Origin: Nostoc sp. | GTDB taxonomy: Bacteria > Cyanobacteriota > Cyanobacteriia > Cyanobacteriales > Nostocaceae | Length of the DNA stretch: 64,000 nt | Direction of reading: 5' to 3' | Assembly (NCBI GenBank): GCA_036918135.1 | Contig: JBALDB010000001.1 | Location: forward strand, 64,001 to 128,000 | Shown: one piece after another, positions 50,969 through 61,019 of the stretch | Numbering within the stretch: the stretch's first letter is position 1 | Layout of the letters: each line of letters opens with the position of its first letter | Position numbers and translations under genes: made by a program | The notes under the pieces: model-generated | Told to the model about the DNA's origin: nothing | Databases searched by the model: none | What the model saw: only the letters and a program-made list of their open reading frames with translations

Positions 50969-51352
50969 TTAGGTGTTTTGGTTGGATGATGGAAGCGGAC
51001 AAACTTCCATGCTTCGGATCAGACCATGCTCGATGGTGAAGCGATGACCAACGTACTCATCAGCCAGAAGGTTCCCCGCCAGGTCGCGCACGACCTGATG
51101 CACATTGACCAAAACACGCCCGTCATCTTCTGCGTGAAAGGAAGTCGGTTCCACGTGCGGGTTGATCTCGTCCCATTGCTCTGTCCAATAAGCGCGGACT
51201 TCCTGAGATCCATGGACAAAACCACCTTTGAACGCTTTCGGCCAAGCCACGTCAGGAGTCATGATCGCGAGGGCGGTGTCGATGTCTCGTGCGTTGAAGG
51301 CTGCGTAGGCCGCGCGCAGCAGTTCGATTTTTGACGAAGAATTATCTGGCAT
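50969..51352 (-). CDS. SnoaL-like (NTF2 family) protein
   Basis: AYAAFNARDID..DVAWP, VRAYW..QW, VHQVVRDLAG; visibly GC-rich. Confidence 0.88.
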   Translation of the reverse strand: MPDNSSSKIELLRAAYAAFNARDIDTALAIMTPDVAWPKAFKGGFVHGSQEVRAYWTEQWDEINPHVEPTSFHAEDDGRVLVNVHQVVRDLAGNLLADEYVGHRFTIEHGLIRSMEVCPLPSSNQNT

Positions 51353-51372
51353 AAAGGTGCGATGAGCTATGG

Positions 51373-51463
51373 TCAGTAGACCGAAAAGTTTTCCCTTCAG
51401 ACAGGGTGTAGGGTGTGGGGTGTGGGGTGTAGGGTGTAAATAGTTTGATTTTCGGTCTCTTCA
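51373..51463. mobile_element. MITE-like element with internal (GGGTGT/A) heptamers
   Basis: TCAGTAGACCGAAAA ... TTTTCGGTCTCTTCA; the left 20 bp are identical to 47535-47554. Confidence 0.55.
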
Positions 51464-51900
51464 GATGTACGGAATTTTTTCAGAAATCAAATACTAGCCC
51501 TATATTCTACTGGAAGCTTTGTCGTTTAAAGTCAAACGACATAATTATTATGGTTTCAGGATTGCTTCCCTACGGTTGCAATGACTGTTATTTGAGCGGA
51601 CACGAGCTGAATACGATCGTGCTATAGCTACTAAACAAACAGTTGATAAATACTGGCAGTATAAAGACAGAAAGTACAAAGAGTATCAACAAAAGCTTAC
51701 TGAGATTGCACAGTAAGCTGAAGGCGTAAAGGATGATCCAAAAACTTCGTTGATGACAATCGACCTACTTTCTGTGAAGTTTATGGGCGAGTTCTTTTCA
51801 AACTCGTAAACAGCATAGTGGCAGCAAACCTTGTCTCTATAATCCCGGACATGCTCCGCTACGCGATCGCCCGATTGGCAGACCGCAGCACAAACAGACA

Positions 51901-52851
51901 TTAGGCAATACCAACACCACCCGTTATCCCATAAACCTCTCCTGTGATATAGCTTGCCTCCTGTGAAGCAAGGAGTACGTATACAGGAGCGATTTCTACA
52001 GGCTGTCCGGGTCGTCCTAGCGGAACCGTAGAGCCAAATTTCTCAATCTTTTCCTGACTCTGACCACCACTAGGCTGTAGCGGCGTCCAAAATGGCCCAG
52101 GCGCTACAGTATTGACACGCACACCCTTTTCAATCATCTGCTTGGAAAGTGCTTTGCTGAAAGCAACAATGCCTGCTTTGGTAAGCGCATAGTCAATGAG
52201 GTTCTCTGAAGGTTCATACGCTTGAACGGAAGCCGTATTAATGATAGCCGCACCCGGTTTCAGGTACGGCAGTGCCGACTGCGTAATCCAAAAAAGCGCA
52301 TAGAGGTTAGTCTTGAGTACCTTATCGAACTCCTCGGAGGTAATATCGCTAAAAGAAGGACGAGTACTCTGTGCGGCGGCATTGTTGATCAGAATGTCTA
52401 AACCCCCTAGAGATTCTACTGCATCTGCCACGAGTTTTCGGCAAAAATTCTCATCCGTGATGTCACCAGGAAGAGCGACGGCTTTGCGTCCCGCTTGTTC
52501 GATTAGTTTTATGACTTCTGCTGCGTCCGACTCTTCACTGGAGAGATAAGAAATTGCTACATCAGCCCCTTCACGCGCGAAGGCGATCGCAATGGCGCGC
52601 CCAATACCCGAATCTCCTCCAGTGATCAGTGCCTTTCGGTTTGCAAGCTTTCCACATCCTGTATAGCTCTGTTCGCCATGATCCGGCTGAGGGTTCATCT
52701 GTTGAGCGAGTCCTGGTACAGGCTGCGGCTGACGAGGAAAGGGCGGCCCTGGATATTGCTGACGTGGATCTTGCATCTTCAATCGATCGTCTGTCATCTG
52801 TTGCTCCCGTCTTGTGATGTATTCAACTGTAGAATCGCTTTTGTATCGCAT
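51901..52851 (-). CDS. SDR oxidoreductase, YghA / general stress protein 39 type
   Basis: QPVPG...P.PDHGE.SY.G.GKL, TGGDSGIG, DYALTK, VAPGPFWTPL. Confidence 0.92.
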   Translation of the reverse strand: MRYKSDSTVEYITRREQQMTDDRLKMQDPRQQYPGPPFPRQPQPVPGLAQQMNPQPDHGEQSYTGCGKLANRKALITGGDSGIGRAIAIAFAREGADVAISYLSSEESDAAEVIKLIEQAGRKAVALPGDITDENFCRKLVADAVESLGGLDILINNAAAQSTRPSFSDITSEEFDKVLKTNLYALFWITQSALPYLKPGAAIINTASVQAYEPSENLIDYALTKAGIVAFSKALSKQMIEKGVRVNTVAPGPFWTPLQPSGGQSQEKIEKFGSTVPLGRPGQPVEIAPVYVLLASQEASYITGEVYGITGGVGIA

Positions 52852-53333
52852 CTACCCACTAGCTACAACAAAGCTGTTGTAATTAGTAATAGCTTTAACA
52901 CTGCTATGCATCTGTTGGACTCTACCTTTCGGCTGACCCCAAAAAAGCAAACTTATGGATAATAAAACATTTTAAAGAAAGTATTTCATCTGAGCGATCG
53001 CAATTCTTGAAGCTTAGTCATACATTGACTTTTGCTAAGAGACAGGCAGGGGAGCAGGGAGTTCTTAGCAGAGGGGAGATAGAAAATATCACCTGATTAA
53101 ATTGGATAATTTATTTTCTGGAAGTACCTAAATCCGTAAGAATTCAGCACCCAGGAACACAACAAGGAAAGCTCGACTAGCCTTTACAGGTTAGTATTGG
53201 TAAAGAGTCTAGTATGATTAATATATTAATTTATTCTAATTTCTTTAAATTTAACTATTCAGACAGATGTATTGTGGCTCCTCAATTGACACAAAAAATT
53301 AGCGTAAAATAACTCTTTCATTCAATAAAACCT

Positions 53334-54416
53334 ATGAGTTTTAAACTTCAAGCTTTGCAACTTACTACTCTCAATAAACAGTCTGAAGGGCCAATTGTAA
53401 CTGCTTGGCAGAAATTTCTTTTAGATAATGACTTACCAATTGGTGCGGTTGATGGAGATTTTGGGAATGTTACAGAGAAAGCAACACGTGAATATCAAAT
53501 TCGTAATAGTTTAACTGCAACAGGAGTTGTAGATACCGCTACTTATGGAAAAGCATTATCGCAAGGTTTTCTTATCTATTTTGCTATTTATACTGATGGT
53601 GGAAAAAAATTATTAGCTTATCTGAACTTTGGCGATAATGAGGTCAAAGACTTACAAAAAAGTTTAACAGCGATCGCTCCTTTGAATCCTCCATTAGCAG
53701 TTGATGGAGACTTTGGGCCCAACAGTACCAGGGGACTAAGCGAAACTTATAAGAAAATAGACATCAATTTTCGAGCTAAGTTAGCTCAACAGCTTTCTAT
53801 TACAACAAAAATAAAGCTTGGTACTGATTTTGAGTTGGCTTTAGACAACATAACTGAATACGCTAAAAAATTAAGACAACAACTGAGTGGAAAAGACTGG
53901 ACTAATTTATTTCCAGACAGCGACTCAATTGATGATTTGGCTTCTCCCTTCCGTCAAAAAGTACAAGCTTTTGAGCAAGCTTTAAAAAATGCCGGAGCTA
54001 ATATTAGTATCGCTTCAGTATTCCGTCCTTCAGAACGGGCTTATTTAATGCACTATGCTTTCCGTATTAGTAATTATGAAATTGCTGCATTAGATGTTCC
54101 ACCTATGCCCAATGTCGGTATTAATTGGCTACATTATACGCCAGCTGCCTCTGTCCAAGCTGCTAAAGAAATGGTATCTGCTTATAATATTGCTTTTCGA
54201 CCTGTTCTTACTTCTCGTCATACCCAAAGATTAGCAATTGATTGGGAAATTACTTGGTTAGGAACTTTAAATATCAAAAACGCTATTGGAACTACAGTTA
54301 GTATCGCTCAGCCACGAACAAGTTATGAAAATTCTACTTTATGGCAGGTAGGCCGTTCTTACGGTGTAATTAAATTATCTAGCGATCGTCCCCACTGGTC
54401 TAATGATGGACATTAG
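53334..54416 (+). CDS. peptidoglycan-binding protein with a C-terminal M15-like zinc peptidase domain
   Basis: Two VDGDFG PG-binding motifs; SRHTQRLAID and DRPHWS resemble the SxHxxxxAxD / HxS motifs of LAS/M15 enzymes. Confidence 0.75.
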   Translation: MSFKLQALQLTTLNKQSEGPIVTAWQKFLLDNDLPIGAVDGDFGNVTEKATREYQIRNSLTATGVVDTATYGKALSQGFLIYFAIYTDGGKKLLAYLNFGDNEVKDLQKSLTAIAPLNPPLAVDGDFGPNSTRGLSETYKKIDINFRAKLAQQLSITTKIKLGTDFELALDNITEYAKKLRQQLSGKDWTNLFPDSDSIDDLASPFRQKVQAFEQALKNAGANISIASVFRPSERAYLMHYAFRISNYEIAALDVPPMPNVGINWLHYTPAASVQAAKEMVSAYNIAFRPVLTSRHTQRLAIDWEITWLGTLNIKNAIGTTVSIAQPRTSYENSTLWQVGRSYGVIKLSSDRPHWSNDGH

Positions 54417-54617
54417 GGAACTCTAAGAAATAAAATAACCACTTGAAATTACTGATTGATGACTGATGAGTGTAAGCAGGGGGATATTTTTTAGACAGCA
54501 AATTCCAGCGTTGCTCCGATTGCGGGATGATTTCAGAATTTGCATCAATACATAGTCCCTGTGTCTCAACAATTTCCAACAAAGGCTCAAACGTTTCAGC
54601 AGGAGCAACACCAAATT

Positions 54618-57600
54618 TTATCGTCGTAATTTCTCTACCAGCCTTTGCGCTGTAGATTCTTGTTGTTTACGTTGTACAGGCTTTTGCTGTCCAAAACTAT
54701 CAAATAAGTTATCTAGCTTGACAGTCAGCCCTAAATATGCACCGCCAGCCGATCGCGTCCCGGAAAAATCGCGATCGTCAACTTCACCAAAAACATAGCC
54801 AGCGGAAAGGCGCAAATTAGGAGTCAGGTAGTAACCTGTTTCCAGAACAAAGCCTGTCTCGCTATAACTAGATTGACCAATCCAACGAGCCTCACCGACT
54901 AAATCCCAGCTATATCCCAAACGATAAGTAGCTCGTAATTGTGCCAAATTAACTGTACTTGTACCAACTAAATCGTTAGCCAAATAAGAGGTACTGTTAC
55001 GCAAAGCATACTTACCGTAGAATTCCCATTGCCAGTTAGGTGCATAAATAGCTTCTAAAGCAAAAATATGGTCTTGGGAACCCGTACCGCTGCCTAATAA
55101 AATAGTGTCAGGAATCACTGCCGGATTTTGACGATATTCATAACGCAATAAAGCATTAAATTTATCACTATTGGGGTCGCGGTAAGCTAAACCCACCTTT
55201 AGATTAGCGGTATCTGGCAGTCCTGAAAGTCTTTGATTGGAAGAGTTTGCTTGTTGATAACGTACCAGAGCTGTGAGAGATGGGGAAATTTTACCCACTG
55301 CACCTGCGGTAATTACTGTATTGCTTCCACCAGATGAGGAGCGATGCTCAAAGCGGGCGCTGGCTTGAAACTGGGGATTATCACTGTATTCCAAGCCAAC
55401 GCTATAACTATCGCCACCATCAAATCCGCTCGCTGATGCGGCTTGACCAAAAGCGTAGGGTTGAGGATATTGTTGACCCGCCGCAGTGCGTCCGAAGAAG
55501 TTGCCAAATACGTGTTCGTAAGCTAAGTTCAACCGCAATCCACGAGCTATAGTCCAGCGGTTATTCAGACCTATTGCTCCTTGGGTAGTCATTTCATTAG
55601 CACCACCCAAAATTGAGTAACGACCAGTTATAGTGGTATCGCTTCCGAGTTTGTGTTCGCCGTTGACACTCAAGCTAGTGATAGAATTACCAGAAAATTG
55701 ACCGCTAGTGTAAAACTGTTGAGCAAGACTGACATTTACACCAGGAATTACCCCCCAATTCAGCCCTAAAATGGTACGGTCTGGGTAAACAGTATCTTTT
55801 TGGGAAGATAAGCTGAGTTCATTTTGAGCTTGGAAAGTCAGGTTTTTAACAATCGGAACTGTAAAACGCGATCGCAGTTGATCGGAATTACTACTCAAAG
55901 CATTCGTGGGGATGCGGTCTTCCCGGTCGCGATGAATCCAATCGAGATCGATGATGGCGCTACCCAAGCGTTGTTGAATCCCAGCAGTAATCGTCGTCAG
56001 GGAATTATCTACTTTACTCCCTGGTATGGCCTCATTACGGGGTGCAAATAATTCTTCAAATGTGTCTAGCGGTTGGGGAGCAATGCCAAAATTGTCTTCG
56101 TGGTCGTATTGGACTCTAGCATTGGTAGTTCGAGTCAATTTAGCTATAACCTGCGCTCCATAACGGGTTTGTCCTGGTACAAAGCTGATAGTGGCATCAT
56201 TAGCGAAGCCCGTATCAGCAAACCGATAATAAGCACGTCCTTGAATACCATTAGTAATTTCTCCCTCAGCTTCCAAGCGATATGCATCACCTCTAACCTT
56301 TCCCACAACATCAGAATCATTGCTGGAATGGGCATATTCTGCAATTAGCTTACCCTTATCACCCAAAGCTATCAGCGCATCTGCACCATACAATTGAAAA
56401 TCACGCACCCCTTGATTTTCTTGGACATAACTTGTTCCAATCCAACTTTCTTGGTTCAGCTTCCGGGAAAGGTTATATTGCAAACGACCAGCAAAGATAT
56501 TGCTATCAGAGTTTTGGTCATCATATTGATAGCTAACAACAATCCGACGTACCAATACTTGTCCAGTTTCATCAATATCGGTACGAAGAATCGGTTCGCG
56601 GAATAATAAAGTACCGCGGTCGTAGTCGATTTCATAGTCTGGGCCTCGGTTAAGCTGTTTGCGTTCCAATACAGTACCAGGACGATTCAGTTCTTCTAAT
56701 TCAATAAAAACATTTTCACTTCCTGGTTGTAGAAGTCTGCGAGAGAGAAAATAATAACCACTAGTGCCATCGGGAGCAATGGTATCTCGTTGAAACCCTT
56801 CTAAATGGTTGCCATAAAAACCTGTAATTTGTAAATTTCCCAAATTGTAATTAGCTTTAAAGCCGTGGAGTTGACGAGTAATCGAAGTAAATTGCTGCGA
56901 TCGCCGCGCAAATTCTTCTGTGTTATAGTCACCCCACATGGCATAATCAGGGGAAGATCCGGGTATCCCAGTCGAACGCTCGAAACGCAGAAATACGCTG
57001 TCAATAGAAGGAGCGACCACATCAACTTTCGAGCTATCACCGTAAACAGGATAGTTTTGCTCGCTAAATTGGTAAGTTCTAAACAAGCGATTATCGCAGT
57101 CGCAATCTTCATTCAAGTTACGAGAACTGTTATATGCACCCGTAAACAACCATTCTCCGATCGCCCCAGTGGCAAATATTGCAGAATGGAAATCTAATTG
57201 CGTTCTATTGTCTTTATCTGGAGGTAGGAAATCACGGAAACTGCCGTAATAATTTGTACCTCTGGCGCCCAAACGTAAATCTATCACCCCAGTTAGCAAA
57301 CTCGGACGTAATGCCGTTTCAAATTGCAATTGGGTAAAAGCTTCTAAATTATCACTCACAGCGCGAATTGTCACAGCTTCCGCCTTCAATTGCGATCGTA
57401 AGGTTGCTGTAAATTGCCCCCCTTTGGCCTCCACTTGAAATCCAGGTTGATCGGGTTTGAAATCTTTCCCCACTAACTCCCCAGCAGTTGGTATCAAAGT
57501 AACAACAGCATCACGATTAGAGCGATTGCCACTTGCATCGAGCAGTTGACCCCGGATTGTAGCCGTAGAACGTCCGTCAGCTGGGATACGAGACTCTGCT

Positions 57601-58547
57601 GTTTCCAAAGTTAGTTGCTGCGGCGCTCCCCGGACTGCGACCTGCACTGTTACAGGCGGTTCTGTTCCTCCGACGACTTGTGCTGAAATGGTATTTTGAC
57701 CTTCTTGTAAGGAAACACCATACCATGTCTGCGTTACCAAGTTAGTATTCGCATTGCTTTCCGTCCGCCCCACTAAGGAAGGATCTACCAATGCACCATT
57801 TACCCGCAGTTCTACCTGACTACCAACTGGAAACTGTACAATCACCGTAGTAGCTTGTACATCTAGAACACTGTTAGCCGTCGGAGTCAGGATTTTGATT
57901 GCTGTAGAGATAGGGAGAGTGGGAGACACAGGCATATTTTCATTCACCGTTTGTCCCCCCGTCTCCTTATCCCCACTAATTACTCCGGCAATTTTACGTA
58001 AACCTTTAGGCAAACCTATAGAAGTTGCTGGTTGGAATGGTTGTATTTCCTTTCGAGATTGGTCTTTCTTATCCTCTATTTTGGCAATTTTGCGTAACCC
58101 TCTAGGCAATTCTACAGAAGTTGCTGGTTGAAATGGTTGTATTTCCCTTTGAGTTGGCTGCACATCTGAAGTTGGAGTAACAGTAGCCGATGCTAAAGAA
58201 GTTGAGGCCAATTCAACAAGTGGAAACTGCTGCTTAGAACTTCCTATCAAACCAGAAGAATCTAGTCCTTGGATTCTTCTTTTGACCTTTGCGCCTTTAC
58301 GACTTTGCGCGACCTTTTCATATCCTGAATTACCAACCCCAGAATTATTATTCATACTTTTTTCAACCACTTTATTTTCAACCGCTCGACTTTCGACGCC
58401 CTTCTCTGCTTGCAAAGGAGAATCTAGATTTTCCCCAGTAAGTTTTGCTTTGACTATGGCAGGATACAAAACGAGGCACAGAGCTATCGGCATTGCCCCC
58501 ATCAACCTCAAGTTGAAAATACTTGCACAGTGCAGTCTGGGTTTCAT
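54618..58547 (-). CDS. large outer-membrane beta-barrel protein of the DUF11 operon
   Basis: Signal peptide, disordered N-terminus, Ig-like region (IPADGRS), conserved YPVYGDSS and DYEIDYDRGTLLF, long run of amphipathic beta strands; 4 bp overlap with the upstream gene. Confidence 0.8.
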   Translation of the reverse strand: MKPRLHCASIFNLRLMGAMPIALCLVLYPAIVKAKLTGENLDSPLQAEKGVESRAVENKVVEKSMNNNSGVGNSGYEKVAQSRKGAKVKRRIQGLDSSGLIGSSKQQFPLVELASTSLASATVTPTSDVQPTQREIQPFQPATSVELPRGLRKIAKIEDKKDQSRKEIQPFQPATSIGLPKGLRKIAGVISGDKETGGQTVNENMPVSPTLPISTAIKILTPTANSVLDVQATTVIVQFPVGSQVELRVNGALVDPSLVGRTESNANTNLVTQTWYGVSLQEGQNTISAQVVGGTEPPVTVQVAVRGAPQQLTLETAESRIPADGRSTATIRGQLLDASGNRSNRDAVVTLIPTAGELVGKDFKPDQPGFQVEAKGGQFTATLRSQLKAEAVTIRAVSDNLEAFTQLQFETALRPSLLTGVIDLRLGARGTNYYGSFRDFLPPDKDNRTQLDFHSAIFATGAIGEWLFTGAYNSSRNLNEDCDCDNRLFRTYQFSEQNYPVYGDSSKVDVVAPSIDSVFLRFERSTGIPGSSPDYAMWGDYNTEEFARRSQQFTSITRQLHGFKANYNLGNLQITGFYGNHLEGFQRDTIAPDGTSGYYFLSRRLLQPGSENVFIELEELNRPGTVLERKQLNRGPDYEIDYDRGTLLFREPILRTDIDETGQVLVRRIVVSYQYDDQNSDSNIFAGRLQYNLSRKLNQESWIGTSYVQENQGVRDFQLYGADALIALGDKGKLIAEYAHSSNDSDVVGKVRGDAYRLEAEGEITNGIQGRAYYRFADTGFANDATISFVPGQTRYGAQVIAKLTRTTNARVQYDHEDNFGIAPQPLDTFEELFAPRNEAIPGSKVDNSLTTITAGIQQRLGSAIIDLDWIHRDREDRIPTNALSSNSDQLRSRFTVPIVKNLTFQAQNELSLSSQKDTVYPDRTILGLNWGVIPGVNVSLAQQFYTSGQFSGNSITSLSVNGEHKLGSDTTITGRYSILGGANEMTTQGAIGLNNRWTIARGLRLNLAYEHVFGNFFGRTAAGQQYPQPYAFGQAASASGFDGGDSYSVGLEYSDNPQFQASARFEHRSSSGGSNTVITAGAVGKISPSLTALVRYQQANSSNQRLSGLPDTANLKVGLAYRDPNSDKFNALLRYEYRQNPAVIPDTILLGSGTGSQDHIFALEAIYAPNWQWEFYGKYALRNSTSYLANDLVGTSTVNLAQLRATYRLGYSWDLVGEARWIGQSSYSETGFVLETGYYLTPNLRLSAGYVFGEVDDRDFSGTRSAGGAYLGLTVKLDNLFDSFGQQKPVQRKQQESTAQRLVEKLRR
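57987..58157. repeat. intragenic duplication with 96 bp period (EIQPFQPATS..LP.GLRKIA twice)
   Basis: GGCAATTTT(A/G)CGTAA... at 57987 and 58083. Confidence 0.85.
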
Positions 58548-60109
58548 TTCTTGACTGGCTCCTGAAATGTGGGGGTGACGCCGAAGTTCATGCGTACTAG
58601 GCCACCTGGTTCTAAATGCACTAGGCGAGATTGGCTATTCCGTTCGCGGAATTTTTGATTGGGAGCTAAGGCGTAACCAGGTACACTGCTGAGGTCTAGT
58701 ACACCTGTGTGGTATCCAGGTAAGACATTAGCTAAGGAGAACAAACCATTCGGATCTGTAGTGATGCGGTTACCGTCTTCTAGAAAAACCACTGCATTAG
58801 GTATCCCAGGCTCACCACGCTGCTGCTCGCCATCAAAATTTTTATCAACAAACACCCGACCAATAATCGTGCCGCAGTCAGAAACGATTCCAGGACGAAT
58901 TTTTAGTTGGTGCGTTGCTGGGCCATCCTTAGTGCTAAAACGGTTATCAGCTCGTTGGGCATTAGCGATCGCACTGTTACGCCCATTACCACGCAAAGCA
59001 TCGCTGGTTAATTGAGCAGCGTAGGCAATATTTAAGACTTCCCCTGGGGGAATTGTCATATCTGTCTGGAAGATCGCCGTGTTTCCATTCCCTTGTGAGG
59101 TGATAGTAACTGCTGTCCCACCCATCTCTCCGCGTACAGATTTCGGCAAAAACTGGAATCCTAAAGGTAGGTTGTCGGTAACAACTAGATTATTCAAACC
59201 AGCATCAGCAAGATTTTTCAGTGAAAGGCGATAGATTACCGTATCTCCAGGTTCAGCAGTAGCGCGATCGCCTGTTTTGATAATCTGCAACTGATTGGCT
59301 TGACACATATTTGTAGTAAATTCAAAGGCTAATAAGTCCAGTCCCACAACTTCTGCATTCGGAACTAAAACAACTGTTTGCTCTACCCTGGTTTCACCTG
59401 TGATATTAATTGGTTGTCCATCCAAAGAACTAGCTACATATCGGATGATATTATTACCTTGTGTGCCAGTACTATCAAGGATTTCAATCTTGATCCGCCG
59501 CTGTTTATAGATAGAAGTCGGTGGTGGATTAACTACAAAAATGTAGGTTTTACCTGGAGCAGTTTGACCTTTATTTGGATCGAGTAAAAAATTGTAGACA
59601 CCCGCAGGATTATTTGTAATGAAATATGGGTTACTATTCTCAATATTTGGCGATTTACCTCCAGGCACATTGTTGTTAGAAATATCTGGTAACTCTGTTC
59701 GAGTCAAAGCAACCAAACTACCCAATTCTGTACCTGTTGGGTCGCTAGGTAATGGTTCGTATACCCCGACTGAAAAACCTGTATAATCAGGTAAAAGTGT
59801 GCCACCACAACCTAAAATTCGCCCCAATGGGTCAAATAATCGGTTGGTAGTAACGCTAAGCTCACTAGAAGTTCCTTGATATTTATTATTAGTAGCTTCG
59901 TCTGTATAAGTATAATCAGCTTGATTTTTGATTGGTAAAGATACAGCTTGATTATTATTTTGTTGTGCTTCTACTGGTAAAAGTAAAGTAGTATATAAAA
60001 AACTTCCCAAAAAAATACTTGCTGTTAATCTTTGCCACCAGCTACTACTAAAAGTAATTTGCTTTTGTTTTTGAGGACGGCTCACTGAACGCATCTCCTC
60101 TGAATGCAA
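58544..60109 (-). CDS. secreted DUF11 + SdrD/CnaB-like domain protein
   Basis: Signal peptide (VEA-Q), N-terminal IKNQADYTY strand, complete DUF11 (LQIIKT..PGDTVIY..VVTDNLPLG..RNSA), IIGRVFVDKNFDGEQQRGEPGI. Confidence 0.85.
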   Translation of the reverse strand: MHSEEMRSVSRPQKQKQITFSSSWWQRLTASIFLGSFLYTTLLLPVEAQQNNNQAVSLPIKNQADYTYTDEATNNKYQGTSSELSVTTNRLFDPLGRILGCGGTLLPDYTGFSVGVYEPLPSDPTGTELGSLVALTRTELPDISNNNVPGGKSPNIENSNPYFITNNPAGVYNFLLDPNKGQTAPGKTYIFVVNPPPTSIYKQRRIKIEILDSTGTQGNNIIRYVASSLDGQPINITGETRVEQTVVLVPNAEVVGLDLLAFEFTTNMCQANQLQIIKTGDRATAEPGDTVIYRLSLKNLADAGLNNLVVTDNLPLGFQFLPKSVRGEMGGTAVTITSQGNGNTAIFQTDMTIPPGEVLNIAYAAQLTSDALRGNGRNSAIANAQRADNRFSTKDGPATHQLKIRPGIVSDCGTIIGRVFVDKNFDGEQQRGEPGIPNAVVFLEDGNRITTDPNGLFSLANVLPGYHTGVLDLSSVPGYALAPNQKFRERNSQSRLVHLEPGGLVRMNFGVTPTFQEPVKK

Positions 60110-60279
60110 AACTCGTTGTTAATAAAAAAATTATTTGCTTAGATAAATTAAAAAAAAATCACTGATATTTTATGCAATTTAACTGCTACAATCATGCGAT
60201 TTTTATTTGTAAAATCTTGTGTGATGGTTGTCCTTTCTAATGACTAATGACTAATAACAAAGGACAACCCCAATTTCAA

Positions 60280-60840
60280 TCAACGCACTTGGGTTTGATA
60301 AGTCGCTTTAACTGTCGTCTTTGCTGCAACTGACGGAACCTGTAAACGGATGTGGGTGTAAGCAATGGCTGGCGCTGGTTTTGTTTCCACTTTGCCGTCA
60401 GGAAGAGTAACTTTAACAGTGGGATTTTCGACGAAGCTACGCCCACCATCAATGCTATAAGTAATTTTTCCATTATTATTTACACTGGCAGATTTCAGTA
60501 CATAGACCATTCCTTTGGGAATAGGTTGATTTAAAGTTAAATTTTTCACTGGGCGATCGCTTTGATTTTCGCCACTCAAGGTATATCTCAATACATCTCC
60601 TGGCCGCACTACAGCTTGACCTTTTAAAGGTTGCCATTTATGGCTTTGTTTACCTTGTTGATCTTGAGCGATGACTTGCTTTTCGGCTTCTAAACGCAAT
60701 TGAAGCGCTTGAGTTTTGATATTTTGGGCATAGGCACTTTCTGAATGCCAAATATTTGCAACTCCTGGAATTTGACTGGAAAACGGAACTGTAACTATTA
60801 GTGCGATTCCACCTAAACCTGCAAAAGAAATACCCTTCAT
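60280..60840 (-). CDS. small secreted single-DUF11-domain protein
   Basis: Signal region (AYA-Q), VRPGDVLRYTL..N..LTLNQPIPKGMVY, YSIDGG, ends YQTQVR. Confidence 0.85.
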   Translation of the reverse strand: MKGISFAGLGGIALIVTVPFSSQIPGVANIWHSESAYAQNIKTQALQLRLEAEKQVIAQDQQGKQSHKWQPLKGQAVVRPGDVLRYTLSGENQSDRPVKNLTLNQPIPKGMVYVLKSASVNNNGKITYSIDGGRSFVENPTVKVTLPDGKVETKPAPAIAYTHIRLQVPSVAAKTTVKATYQTQVR

Positions 60841-61019
60841 ATAAATAACTTCCAGAATTTTGATTGTTGACTTATCTTTCCCTGCTTGTACTCAAAAATA
60901 GTCACTCCCGTGTTTGCTTAGTGTTTAAAGGTTGGGGAGTTAGGTTAACTGGTTGCGGTGATACTGCAATCTCTCCAAGTCTGCAAGCTTTGGAGTCCCT
61001 AATCCCCAATCTCAACGAA

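Noticed and set aside
47535..51392. Identical 20 bp direct repeats (TCAGTAGACCGAAAAGTTTT) as att sites of an island
   Set aside because: The second copy is the end of a MITE-like element with its own inverted partner, there is no integrase or tRNA, and dispersed repeat ends explain it more simply
54618..58547. TonB-dependent receptor assignment for the 1309 aa barrel
   Set aside because: No TonB box or plug motifs like those of the real receptor at 44668-47328; the context points to the DUF11 system
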